Shown here: in pieces, positions 20,374-28,200 of the stretch
Position numbering within the stretch: position 1 is the stretch's first letter
Layout of the letters: every line of letters begins with the position of its first letter
From: Vulcanimicrobiales bacterium
GTDB taxonomy: Bacteria > Vulcanimicrobiota > Vulcanimicrobiia > Vulcanimicrobiales > Vulcanimicrobiaceae
Assembly: GCA_038215615.1 (NCBI GenBank)
Contig: JBBQQR010000002.1
Location: 32,001 to 96,000 of the forward strand
Length of the DNA: 64,000 nt
Direction of reading: 5' to 3'
Position numbers and translations under genes: made by a program
Notes under the pieces: generated by a model
Databases searched by the model: none
What the model saw: only the letters and a program-made list of their open reading frames with translations
Told to the model about the DNA's origin: nothing

Positions 20374-22431
20374 CTACACGCCGGTGTTCTGATTTGTTAC
20401 GGTTCCGTTCGGATGGGCTTCCTTAGCCGGGTCGTCCGTGTAGTCCAGATAGAGCAGGCCCATGAAAATCTCGAGCGCCAGCGCGTGCATTCCGCGGGCA
20501 TTCGCGACGTCGATGACGCTGCGGTGCGTTTCGTGGGCTTCACGGATGATGGTTTGCGGCGAAGTCTTGTAGTCGGCGGCGATGATGGAAGCGGCCGCCA
20601 GCTCGCCCGGCGTGACGTTGTCGTGCAGCATGCCGATGTAGTCGATGTCGTCGACGTTCCAGCGCAGGTTGATGGCTTTTTGCAGCGTGTCGTAACGCTG
20701 CGGCGAGGTTCCTACGCCCAGCAGCGTGATGCGCGTCGAAAGCTGCCGCGCCCTAGCCAGATCGTAGAGTTGGTTCGCCTGCGACGCAGAAATCGCCGCG
20801 GCGCCGAGCGATGCGGTCGCTTTCTGCATATACGGCAGCAGCGACGTGTAATCGAATTGGTCGATGTCGCCGAACGCGTTCAGGCGGATCTGCTGGAGCC
20901 GCTTGAAGAACGCGTCGAGATCGGCCAGGCCGCTGTCGAGCTGCATCGCAGCCGCGCGGCCGGCGTCTACCGAACGCACCATGTCGGCGTCGGCCGTCGA
21001 GATTTCACCGATCATGTGCGGGTACGACGGAAAGATCGCGATCGAATCCGACGGAATCGGATTCACGTTGAGCGGCGCCTGCATCTCGTCCAAGATCTGC
21101 GCGTTCTCGCGCAGCAGGCCGTCGGGCTTGTTCGTTTTTCCATCGATAGAGCCGACGTTGTCGATGGCCGAGGTAGCGTCTTGGAAGGCGCTGTTGACCG
21201 AACGGCTCATCCCGTTGACAGTTTTTACGACGGCTTCGAGGCGCGAACCGTGTTTGATGTTGATCGAGCTGAAATCGGGAATCTCATACTGGATCGCTTG
21301 CAGGCGCAGCTGCAGCGACTTCAGCTGACTGTGACCCTGATCGTGACGCGCGGCGATTTGGGCTTGCGCTTGCGCCTGCACCTGCACGGCCTGCTGCACT
21401 TGCGCGCGCAGGCCCACGAGGTCGGGGCGCGTGAGATCGACGCGGCGTGCCTGCATCGAACGCAGCGCGGCCATGCGCTGGAGTGCAGCGGCTTTGACTT
21501 GCGGCGACGTGCTTTGCGCCAGTGTGCCTAAGGTCTGCTCGCTCTTGCTGGTGAGTCCGAGCGCGAGCTGGCTTTGCCCGAGCCCTAGCAACGCCTCCTG
21601 GTTCGAAGGGTCGGTTTTGAGGATGTCGGTTAAATCGATGCCCGCGATGTTGTAGCGATCTTCATCGAGATCGTGCTGCGCACGCACGAGTTTTTGCCCA
21701 GCGGTGACCTTCGTCGGATCGAGCTCCGGATAGCCGAGCAGATGCGAAATGCGCGCGCTCGAACCCGGGTGGCTTTCGAAATATTTGGTGACGAGGTCGT
21801 TATGCTCGCCTGCGAGCGCTCCCAGATGCTGCTGCATCGTGATCATCGCTTCGGGGTCGAAGCCGGCTCGCGACATGAGCAGCAGTCCGTACTGGTCGGC
21901 TTGCAGCTCGTCGACGCGCTGCAGCTTCGCCATGGCGCCGGCTTGGAGCAGATTGCCGAAGTTGTAGATGAAGGGCGAGAAAATCGATGCGACGCCGAGC
22001 AGGATGCTCAAAATTTGCGATTGGGATTGCATCGTGACGGTATGGCGCCGCTCGATGTGGCCCGTTTCGTGGCCGATGACGGCCGCGAGTTCGTCGTCGG
22101 ATTGGACGAAGTCCAGCAGCCCGCTGTTGACATAAACATAACCGCCCAGCGTTGAGAACGCGTTGATGCTCGTGTCGCCGACGATCTTGATGTTATAAGG
22201 AACGTCCTTGCGCGCGGTTTGCGCCCAGAGTTTGGACGAGACGCTCTGCACCCAGGCGTTGAGCAGCGGGTCCGTTTCGATAACGCTGGTTTCAACGATC
22301 TGCTGATCGTAGCCGCGCCCGATGGCGACCTCATTTGCGGTAGAAAGCGCGAGCGCGGGTGCCGGGCATATGGCACTCAGCAATGCCAAAATGAGCGCCG
22401 ATGGGACGATTTTGCGAAACAGCATGGCCAT
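20374..22431 (-). CDS. Exported M48 family zinc metalloprotease (BepA/YfgC-like) with TPR and long helical C-terminal extension
   Basis: Signal peptide; INAF..GGY.YV.SGL, ELAAVIGHETGH, ELQADQYG, SHP...R. Confidence 0.88.
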   Translation of the reverse strand: MAMLFRKIVPSALILALLSAICPAPALALSTANEVAIGRGYDQQIVETSVIETDPLLNAWVQSVSSKLWAQTARKDVPYNIKIVGDTSINAFSTLGGYVYVNSGLLDFVQSDDELAAVIGHETGHIERRHTVTMQSQSQILSILLGVASIFSPFIYNFGNLLQAGAMAKLQRVDELQADQYGLLLMSRAGFDPEAMITMQQHLGALAGEHNDLVTKYFESHPGSSARISHLLGYPELDPTKVTAGQKLVRAQHDLDEDRYNIAGIDLTDILKTDPSNQEALLGLGQSQLALGLTSKSEQTLGTLAQSTSPQVKAAALQRMAALRSMQARRVDLTRPDLVGLRAQVQQAVQVQAQAQAQIAARHDQGHSQLKSLQLRLQAIQYEIPDFSSINIKHGSRLEAVVKTVNGMSRSVNSAFQDATSAIDNVGSIDGKTNKPDGLLRENAQILDEMQAPLNVNPIPSDSIAIFPSYPHMIGEISTADADMVRSVDAGRAAAMQLDSGLADLDAFFKRLQQIRLNAFGDIDQFDYTSLLPYMQKATASLGAAAISASQANQLYDLARARQLSTRITLLGVGTSPQRYDTLQKAINLRWNVDDIDYIGMLHDNVTPGELAAASIIAADYKTSPQTIIREAHETHRSVIDVANARGMHALALEIFMGLLYLDYTDDPAKEAHPNGTVTNQNTGV

Positions 22432-22513
22432 ATTTACCTATAACCCGCGGGAGCGGGCCCGAGTTCAGTACTGCGCACTCCCAGAACGCAGGTCTAGGTT
22501 CCTTTGTTACCGT

Positions 22514-22537
22514 GTCATCCTGAGCGGAGTCAAAGGG
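22514..22537 (+). repeat. REP-like short repeat
   Basis: GTCATCCTGAGCGGAGTCAAAGGG; related sequence at 45943-45973. Confidence 0.5.
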
Positions 22538-22541
22538 CGGC

Positions 22542-22592
22542 TGTGGAGGAGCTGTGCATAAGCGGAACTTATTGTGGGGGTTCTGTGGAGGC
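22542..22592. promoter_or_regulatory. Cluster of DnaA-box-like direct repeats upstream of minC
   Basis: TGTGGAGGA (22542), TGTGCATAA (22553, matches TTATNCACA consensus), TGTGGGGGT (22573), TGTGGAGGC (22584). Confidence 0.45.
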
Positions 22593-22631
22593 CGCAGGGC
22601 GGGCGCTTGCGCGTTCGAACCGCCTCCCCTG

Positions 22632-23438
22632 ATGGCGGTGTTGCGCGGCAAGGGCCTGGGCCTTGAAATTGCCTTAGGAGAGCGCGATTTTGAGGAAGCT
22701 CTTGCCGAGTTGCAGAGCAAGCTTGGCGAGCGTCCCGGATTCTATTCGGGAACGCCGGCCACGGCTGCCGTCGGGCGCGAGGGTCTCCCGGAGGAGCAGC
22801 TTGCACGGCTGAAGACACTTCTGATCGAGCACGGGATTACGCTCGAAGGCGTGAGCGCGGCCCAACCCGACGACGGCGAAGAGCTGGCACGGCGGCGGGC
22901 GTTGCGCCCGAAACGGGAGGTGCAGCTTTCGGACGCGGCTCGGTCGCTGGTGCCTGATTTTGAGGGCGCGCGTAAGGACATCGCCGTCCGTCGCAGCCGC
23001 GGGGAAAGCAGCGTCCGGCGTTTGGTGCCCGCGCCTGATCCCGAACCGCAATCCGTCGAAATCCCGCCCGTCGCGCCCGCCACGCTCTATCACGTGGGCA
23101 CGCTTCGCGGCGGGCAGGCGCTGCACAACGTCGGCAACATCGTGGTGATCGGCGACGTGAACCCGGGCGCGGAGCTGATCGCCGGCGGCGACATCGCCGT
23201 CTTCGGATCGCTACGCGGCGTAGCTCACGCCGGAGCGCAAGGCGATGCGGGCGCGCGCGTCTACGCGGTCGATCTCTCGCCGACGCAGCTGCGCATCGCT
23301 ACGTTGATCGCGGCAGAAGCCGGCGCGCGAGGAGCTCGCAAAGAGCCCGAAGCGGCCTGCGTGCAGAATGAACGCATTACGATCGTTCCGCTGGTTTCGG
23401 CGGAGCGTTTTGCTAAGGGCAAGGAGAAGGTGGAGTGA
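22632..23438 (+). CDS. minC: Septum site-determining protein MinC
   Basis: GTLRGGQ, GNIVVIGDVNPGAELIAGGDI.VFGSLRGVAHAGA.GD, PTQLRIA; start approximate. Confidence 0.92.
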   Translation: MAVLRGKGLGLEIALGERDFEEALAELQSKLGERPGFYSGTPATAAVGREGLPEEQLARLKTLLIEHGITLEGVSAAQPDDGEELARRRALRPKREVQLSDAARSLVPDFEGARKDIAVRRSRGESSVRRLVPAPDPEPQSVEIPPVAPATLYHVGTLRGGQALHNVGNIVVIGDVNPGAELIAGGDIAVFGSLRGVAHAGAQGDAGARVYAVDLSPTQLRIATLIAAEAGARGARKEPEAACVQNERITIVPLVSAERFAKGKEKVE

Positions 23439-24226
23439 AGGCTCGCAAGATCGTTTTGACGTCCGGCAAAGGCGGCGTCGGCAAAACCACCGCCACCGTC
23501 AACATCGGTGCGGCGCTTGCCAAGCGGGGCCACCGCGTGATCCTCGTTGACACCGACATCGGGCTGCGCAATCTCGATTTGGTGCTCGGCTTGGAAAAAC
23601 GGATCGTCTTCGACTTAGTCGAGGTCATCGAGGGGCGCTGCCAAGTCCGGCAAGCGCTGATCAAAGATAAGCGCTTCGAATCGCTGGCGATTTTGCCCGC
23701 GGCGCAAACGCGCAACAAAGACTCGATCACCGAGGCGCAAATGGCCCGCCTGATCGACGAGCTTGCCGATATGGCCGACTACGTGCTGATCGACTGCCCG
23801 GCCGGCATCGAAGGCGGTTTCCGCAACGCCATCGCCGGCGCCGACGAGGCCATCGTCGTGACGACGCCCGAAGTGAGCGCGATTCGCGACGCCGATCGGG
23901 TCATCGGCAAACTCGCGGAGCGTTCGATTCCGATGCGGCTGATCATCAACCGCATCCGCCCCGACATGGTACGCAGCGGCGACATGCTTTCGATCGACGA
24001 TGTCTGCGAGATTCTCTCGATCGAGCTGCTCGGCATCATTCCCGACGATGAAGAGATCATCGACACGACCAACCGCGGCGAGCCGCTCGTGCTGGGCGAA
24101 GGCTACCGCTTGCGCGGCATCTACGAAAAAATCGTGCGGCGCCTGGAAGGCGACCTCATTCCCTTTACCAATCTCGACGCGCCCGGCTTTTTCGGCCGGC
24201 TCATCGGCGCGCTGAAAGCAGGCTGA
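23435..24226 (+). CDS. minD: Septum site-determining ATPase MinD (copy 1)
   Basis: SGKGGVGKTT, DIGLRNLD, DCPAGIE, TPEVSAIRDADR, C-terminal amphipathic GFFGRLIG. Confidence 0.95.
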   Translation: MKARKIVLTSGKGGVGKTTATVNIGAALAKRGHRVILVDTDIGLRNLDLVLGLEKRIVFDLVEVIEGRCQVRQALIKDKRFESLAILPAAQTRNKDSITEAQMARLIDELADMADYVLIDCPAGIEGGFRNAIAGADEAIVVTTPEVSAIRDADRVIGKLAERSIPMRLIINRIRPDMVRSGDMLSIDDVCEILSIELLGIIPDDEEIIDTTNRGEPLVLGEGYRLRGIYEKIVRRLEGDLIPFTNLDAPGFFGRLIGALKAG

Positions 24227-24227
24227 C

Positions 24228-25103
24228 ATGCTTCCTCTCCGGCAACCCTTCGATGTCGCGCACGATGACGCGCAAGCGAACGCGGCGCAAACTTCGGGAG
24301 CGCCCCTAACGTTGGGACGCGCGATTGTCGTGACATCCGGGAAAGGCGGCGTCGGCAAAACCACGACGACGGCAAATCTCGGCGTCGCACTCGCAAAGCG
24401 CGGTGCGAAGGTCGCGCTGGTTGATGCCGACGTCGGCTTGCGCAACTTGGATATCCTGATGGGCTTGGAAAGCCGCGTGCGCCATCACGTGCTTGACGTC
24501 CTCGAAGAAAAAGTTGAACTCAACGAAGCGCTCGTGCGCGACAAAAATTTTCCGAATCTGTTTTTGCTGGCTGCCGCACAATCGCGCGAAAAGGACGAAG
24601 TAGATACTGAGTCTATGCGCGATCTGATCGAAGAACTGCGCGAGCAGTTCGATTACGTGCTGATCGACTGCCCGGCCGGCATCGAAATGGGGTTCACAAA
24701 TGCGGTGGTCGGCGCGCAAGAAGCGATCGTCGTCTGCACGCCGGAAGTTTCGGCGGTACGCGATGTCGACCGCGTCGTCGGACTGCTCGGCAACGCGTTC
24801 TCACCGCAGTTGATCATCAACCGCGTGCGCCCGCACTTGGTACACAAAGGCAAGATGCTCTCGGTGGAAGACGTCAACTCGATTCTGCGCTTACCGCTGC
24901 TGGGCGTGATTGCGGACGAGCCCGATGTCATCGTGTCGACCAACAAGGGCGAGCCGCTTGCGCTGCGCACCGATACGGCAACCGCGAAAGCGTATCATAC
25001 GATCGCAGCGCGCATTGCGGGCGAAGACGTTCCCGCGCCGATGGTCGAGTACAAGGAAACGTTCATGGACAAACTCGGATCGCTGCTGGGAGGCCGCCGA
25101 TGA
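24228..25103 (+). CDS. minD: Septum site-determining ATPase MinD (copy 2)
   Basis: SGKGGVGKTT, DVGLRNLD, DCPAGIE, TPEVSAVRDVDR, C-terminal FMDKLGSLLG; true start may be TTG at 24312. Confidence 0.93.
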   Translation: MLPLRQPFDVAHDDAQANAAQTSGAPLTLGRAIVVTSGKGGVGKTTTTANLGVALAKRGAKVALVDADVGLRNLDILMGLESRVRHHVLDVLEEKVELNEALVRDKNFPNLFLLAAAQSREKDEVDTESMRDLIEELREQFDYVLIDCPAGIEMGFTNAVVGAQEAIVVCTPEVSAVRDVDRVVGLLGNAFSPQLIINRVRPHLVHKGKMLSVEDVNSILRLPLLGVIADEPDVIVSTNKGEPLALRTDTATAKAYHTIAARIAGEDVPAPMVEYKETFMDKLGSLLGGRR

Positions 25104-25480
25104 CCTTCAACGATGTCTTCAATAACCTGAACCGGCTATTCGGCCGCGAAAAATCCGGAGAGACGGCAAAAGAGCGGCTGCGCCTGGTGCTGATGTCCGA
25201 CCATCTCTCGCTCGCACCGGATATGGTCGAGGCGATGAAACGCGATCTGGTCGAAGTCGTCTCGCGTTACGTCGAAGTCGATCGCGACAAGATCGACGTG
25301 CGCTTCGAACATCAAGACAGCGTCTTCGCGATGCTCGCGAACGTGCCGATCATCTCGGTGAACCGCACGCCGTCGCCCCCGGCCGGACCGCCGCGCCGCC
25401 GCCGCCGCAAAAAACGCCTCGCGCAGCAAAACGGTCAAGCGCCGCCGCAGTCGACGATAAATCCGGCGCCGGCAACTTAA
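25100..25480 (+). CDS. minE: Cell division topological specificity factor MinE
   Basis: SGETAKERLRLVL, MKRDLVEVVSRYVEV, LANVPI; extra Pro/Arg-rich tail. Confidence 0.92.
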   Translation: MTFNDVFNNLNRLFGREKSGETAKERLRLVLMSDHLSLAPDMVEAMKRDLVEVVSRYVEVDRDKIDVRFEHQDSVFAMLANVPIISVNRTPSPPAGPPRRRRRKKRLAQQNGQAPPQSTINPAPAT

Positions 25481-25947
25481 TCTTCTAGCGCGCGAAGCTC
25501 GTCGAATTGCCGGCTGAGTAATTTCAGCCTGGCTTTCGTGAGGTGTATTCGTTTCGAGAGCCGTGTTTTGATGGCAACCGGTTTCTTGCCGATGGGCACA
25601 TTAAAATAAATCTTGTACGGTGGTACCGAACTAAAAGCCATGAATTCATCCGGCGCATAGCGGTCAAAGTGCCATTTCCGTTCAATCTCGTATGCTATGA
25701 CGAACTCGAAGTGATCGGGATCGCTCGCTGCGGCTGCCCACTCCGTTAGGGTTGCTGCGCCAAAGCAGTGCCCAAAAGCGCGGGTGAACTTCACCTCGAA
25801 ATGCCACGTAACTCCGTTTTTCCTCGCGACAATGTCGGTCGGTGTGGAAGCTACTCTCGCTTCGGAAAACCCCTCTAAAATCAAGGCCTGAATGAATGCG
25901 GATTTTGCCGCGACATCGCTTTTGGGATTCTGATTGGACATGTCCAT
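25477..25947 (-). CDS. Putative PD-(D/E)XK nuclease (DUF3883-like)
   Basis: PTDIVARK...HFEVK and LTEWAAA motifs; visibly more AT-rich than flanks; GGAGG SD. Confidence 0.55.
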   Translation of the reverse strand: MDMSNQNPKSDVAAKSAFIQALILEGFSEARVASTPTDIVARKNGVTWHFEVKFTRAFGHCFGAATLTEWAAAASDPDHFEFVIAYEIERKWHFDRYAPDEFMAFSSVPPYKIYFNVPIGKKPVAIKTRLSKRIHLTKARLKLLSRQFDELRALED

Positions 25948-26027
25948 GGCGAACCTCCGGAAGCTAGGCCGGAAGGTTGCCGGACGGCGCCTGTGGGATC
26001 CTGGATCTCGCTTCCGGAGGGATACCG

Positions 26028-26252
26028 ATGAAATACTACGTGCTGGTCATTCAGTTAGGCGTCGAAGCCGAAGTGCGAGGGCCGTTCGCAACACCGGATA
26101 AGCGCGATCGCGAAGCTCGGATGGCCGTCCGTTTGGACGATTTCAACGGCGACTATGACTCGATTTTCCGAATGGATATCGAACACGACCGCCCCGAGAC
26201 GTACTCTTTTGCCGATGGCGAGCTCTATGACGAAGAGCCCGTAACCGTCTAA
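26028..26252 (+). CDS. Small acidic hypothetical protein (74 aa)
   Basis: GGAGG 7 nt before ATG 26028; followed by a strong hairpin. Confidence 0.6.
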   Translation: MKYYVLVIQLGVEAEVRGPFATPDKRDREARMAVRLDDFNGDYDSIFRMDIEHDRPETYSFADGELYDEEPVTV

Positions 26253-26260
26253 GAATGGTT

Positions 26261-26288
26261 GAAGGGCCGCTCGTAAGAGCGGCCCTTC
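26261..26288. terminator. Perfect 12-bp hairpin, probable terminator
   Basis: GAAGGGCCGCTC-GTAA-GAGCGGCCCTTC; GNRA loop; no clear U-tract. Confidence 0.6.
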
Positions 26289-26384
26289 GTGACACTGGGC
26301 CTCGGACGCGATGCCAGCGTTTCATTTGCGACCTGCAATTCAAGAAAGTATGATTTAGGGAGATGCGATGAGAAGCGGCTCTTC

Positions 26385-26768
26385 ATGGCCGAAAGCAGCC
26401 AAGTAAGGCTCAAGCGATCCATCCCTATCTTGCGCATGTTCGACGTGCCGAAGGCACGCGAGTTTTATCTCGACTACCTCGGCTTCTCAGTAGATTTCGA
26501 CCACCGGTTCAATGAAAACGCCCCGTTATTTATGGGCATATCGCGCGGAGATGTCGTTCTGTTCTTAAGCGAACATCACGGCGACGGCACACCCGGAACA
26601 CATGTCCTCATCGAGACGGACGGGCTGGACGCTTTGTTTGCGGAGTTGAAAGCCAAGAACTACCGCTACATGAATCCCGGCATTCAGCTGCAGGACTGGG
26701 GCCGGCGCGACCTTGTCGTCGTCGATCCGTTTGACAACCACATCAATTTCAGCGAACGGATCGAATAG
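26385..26768 (+). CDS. Glyoxalase/bleomycin resistance (VOC) superfamily protein
   Basis: IPILRMFD..KAREFYLDYLGF.VDF.HRF, LSEHHGDGTPG, WG.R...V.DPF.N.I.F.E. Confidence 0.9.
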   Translation: MAESSQVRLKRSIPILRMFDVPKAREFYLDYLGFSVDFDHRFNENAPLFMGISRGDVVLFLSEHHGDGTPGTHVLIETDGLDALFAELKAKNYRYMNPGIQLQDWGRRDLVVVDPFDNHINFSERIE

Positions 26769-26773
26769 CGGCG

Positions 26774-27901
26774 GTGGCTACGATGACTTTGGGCGCGCAG
26801 GCGCGCCGGTATGCGGGCCGTGTCAATTGGTATTTGGTCGTGGCCGCGATTCTCGTGACGTCGTTCGGCATCGTGATTATTCAGTCTGCGGGTTTGCACA
26901 CCGATCCGGGGGAGTACCGGAAGCAGATACTGTACGCGCTCCTCGGCGTCGGCGTGATGATTGGTTTCTCGCGTATCGACTACCGCGATCTCTCGAAGTG
27001 GGCGCCGGGATTATATGTCGTCACGCTCTTGCTGCTGGCGTTTATTTTGCGCGGCGGCCACTCGTCGCACGGAGCGCAGAGATGGATCAGCCTTGGTCCG
27101 CTCGGCACGTTCCAGCCGTCGGAGCCCGCCAAGCTGATCCTGGCGATCTCGATTGCGTGGGTGCTCTGCAAGGGTGAGTATGCGAAGCTGACGGAGTTGT
27201 GGAAGCCGCTGCTTATGGTCGCCGTTCCCGCGCTGCTCGTCGCAAGACAGCCCGATCTTGGAACGGCCCTTGTCTTTATGGCGATCATGAGCGCGCAGCT
27301 GTTTTTTGGTTTGCCGAAATGGCAGCATTTCGCCGCGTACGCGCTGGCCGGAGCAGCGGCGATGGCGCTGGCGATCGAAACAAAATACATATTAAAGCCT
27401 TTCCAAAAAGCGCGGCTGCTGATCTTCCTCAATCCCAAAGCCGACCCGCAGGGCGCCGGCTACAATTTGAACCAGTCGAAGATCGCGGTCGGCAGCGGCG
27501 GCTGGTTCGGTCGCGGCTTGCATCACGGCACGCAGACGCAACTAAATTTCGTCCCCGAGCACTCGACCGATTTTATTTTTACCGTCGTCGGTGAAGAGCT
27601 AGGGTTCGTCGGGACCGTCATGCTGCTGGCGTGCTATGGCGTGCTATTATTCGGCGGCGTGATCGCGATGATCAGCGCGCGCGACCGTTTTGGGTTCTTA
27701 CTTGCCAGCGGGATCGTCGCGATGTTCGCATTTCACATCGTCGTCAACATCGGCATGACGATCGGCATCATGCCGATCACCGGCATACCGCTGCCATTCT
27801 TGTCCTATGGCGGTTCCGCGGTGCTGACGGACTTCGCGGCTATCGGCGTCTTGCTCAACATCTACGCTCAAAAAGATCGAGGCGTCTTGGGTAACGCTTA
27901 G
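26774..27901 (+). CDS. rodA: Rod shape-determining protein RodA (SEDS)
   Basis: GAQRWI, FQPSE.AK, QPDLGT, GYN..QSKIAVGSGG, PEHSTDFIF..GEELG, PITGIPLPFLSYGGS. Confidence 0.94.
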   Translation: MATMTLGAQARRYAGRVNWYLVVAAILVTSFGIVIIQSAGLHTDPGEYRKQILYALLGVGVMIGFSRIDYRDLSKWAPGLYVVTLLLLAFILRGGHSSHGAQRWISLGPLGTFQPSEPAKLILAISIAWVLCKGEYAKLTELWKPLLMVAVPALLVARQPDLGTALVFMAIMSAQLFFGLPKWQHFAAYALAGAAAMALAIETKYILKPFQKARLLIFLNPKADPQGAGYNLNQSKIAVGSGGWFGRGLHHGTQTQLNFVPEHSTDFIFTVVGEELGFVGTVMLLACYGVLLFGGVIAMISARDRFGFLLASGIVAMFAFHIVVNIGMTIGIMPITGIPLPFLSYGGSAVLTDFAAIGVLLNIYAQKDRGVLGNA

Positions 27902-28004
27902 GGCCGTTCGGGGAACAACAGAGATCATGGGCGCAACCAATATCCGGGATTCGACGACATGGTTTGATGTAGACGGCACAGCGCTGCCAAACGGCGGTGA
28001 TGAC

Positions 28005-28200
28005 GCTGGCCCTGGGTGAAGGGGCGCCGCCCACGTATTAAAGGTCCGGTCCCCAGGCGGCGGGAACGGGGGGCCAAGCCGGCAGCCTGCCCTCTAAGCT
28101 ATGGGCTGCGCCGGTAAACAGTAAGATTTTTAGAAACCGCTAGCAGGCGATCGCAGGAGCTGAAAAGCCGGATGCTGGTCGCACTCGCGGAGGAGTAAAT
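28005..28200 (+). promoter_or_regulatory. Structured 5' leader of the RNase E/G gene
   Basis: Stems TGGCCC/GGGCCA enclosing CGCCGCC/GGCGGCG; GCCGGCAGCC/GGCTGCGCCGGT; CCGC..GCGATC..GCT-GAAA-AGC..GGTCGC..GCGG ending at the GGAGGAG SD. Confidence 0.5.

Noticed and set aside
20212..21531. Long antisense and alternative-frame ORFs (also 1524-2561, 17487-18494 and many others)
   Set aside because: Shadow ORFs expected opposite real genes in high-GC DNA; no motifs
22440..22630. Replication origin
   Set aside because: Only one consensus DnaA box, no AT-rich unwinding element, and no dnaA, dnaN or gyrB context
27946..27956. GGGATTCGACG resembling the tmRNA 5' motif
   Set aside because: No acceptor stem, T-arm/CCA end or tag reading frame ending in a degradation-tag-like sequence nearby
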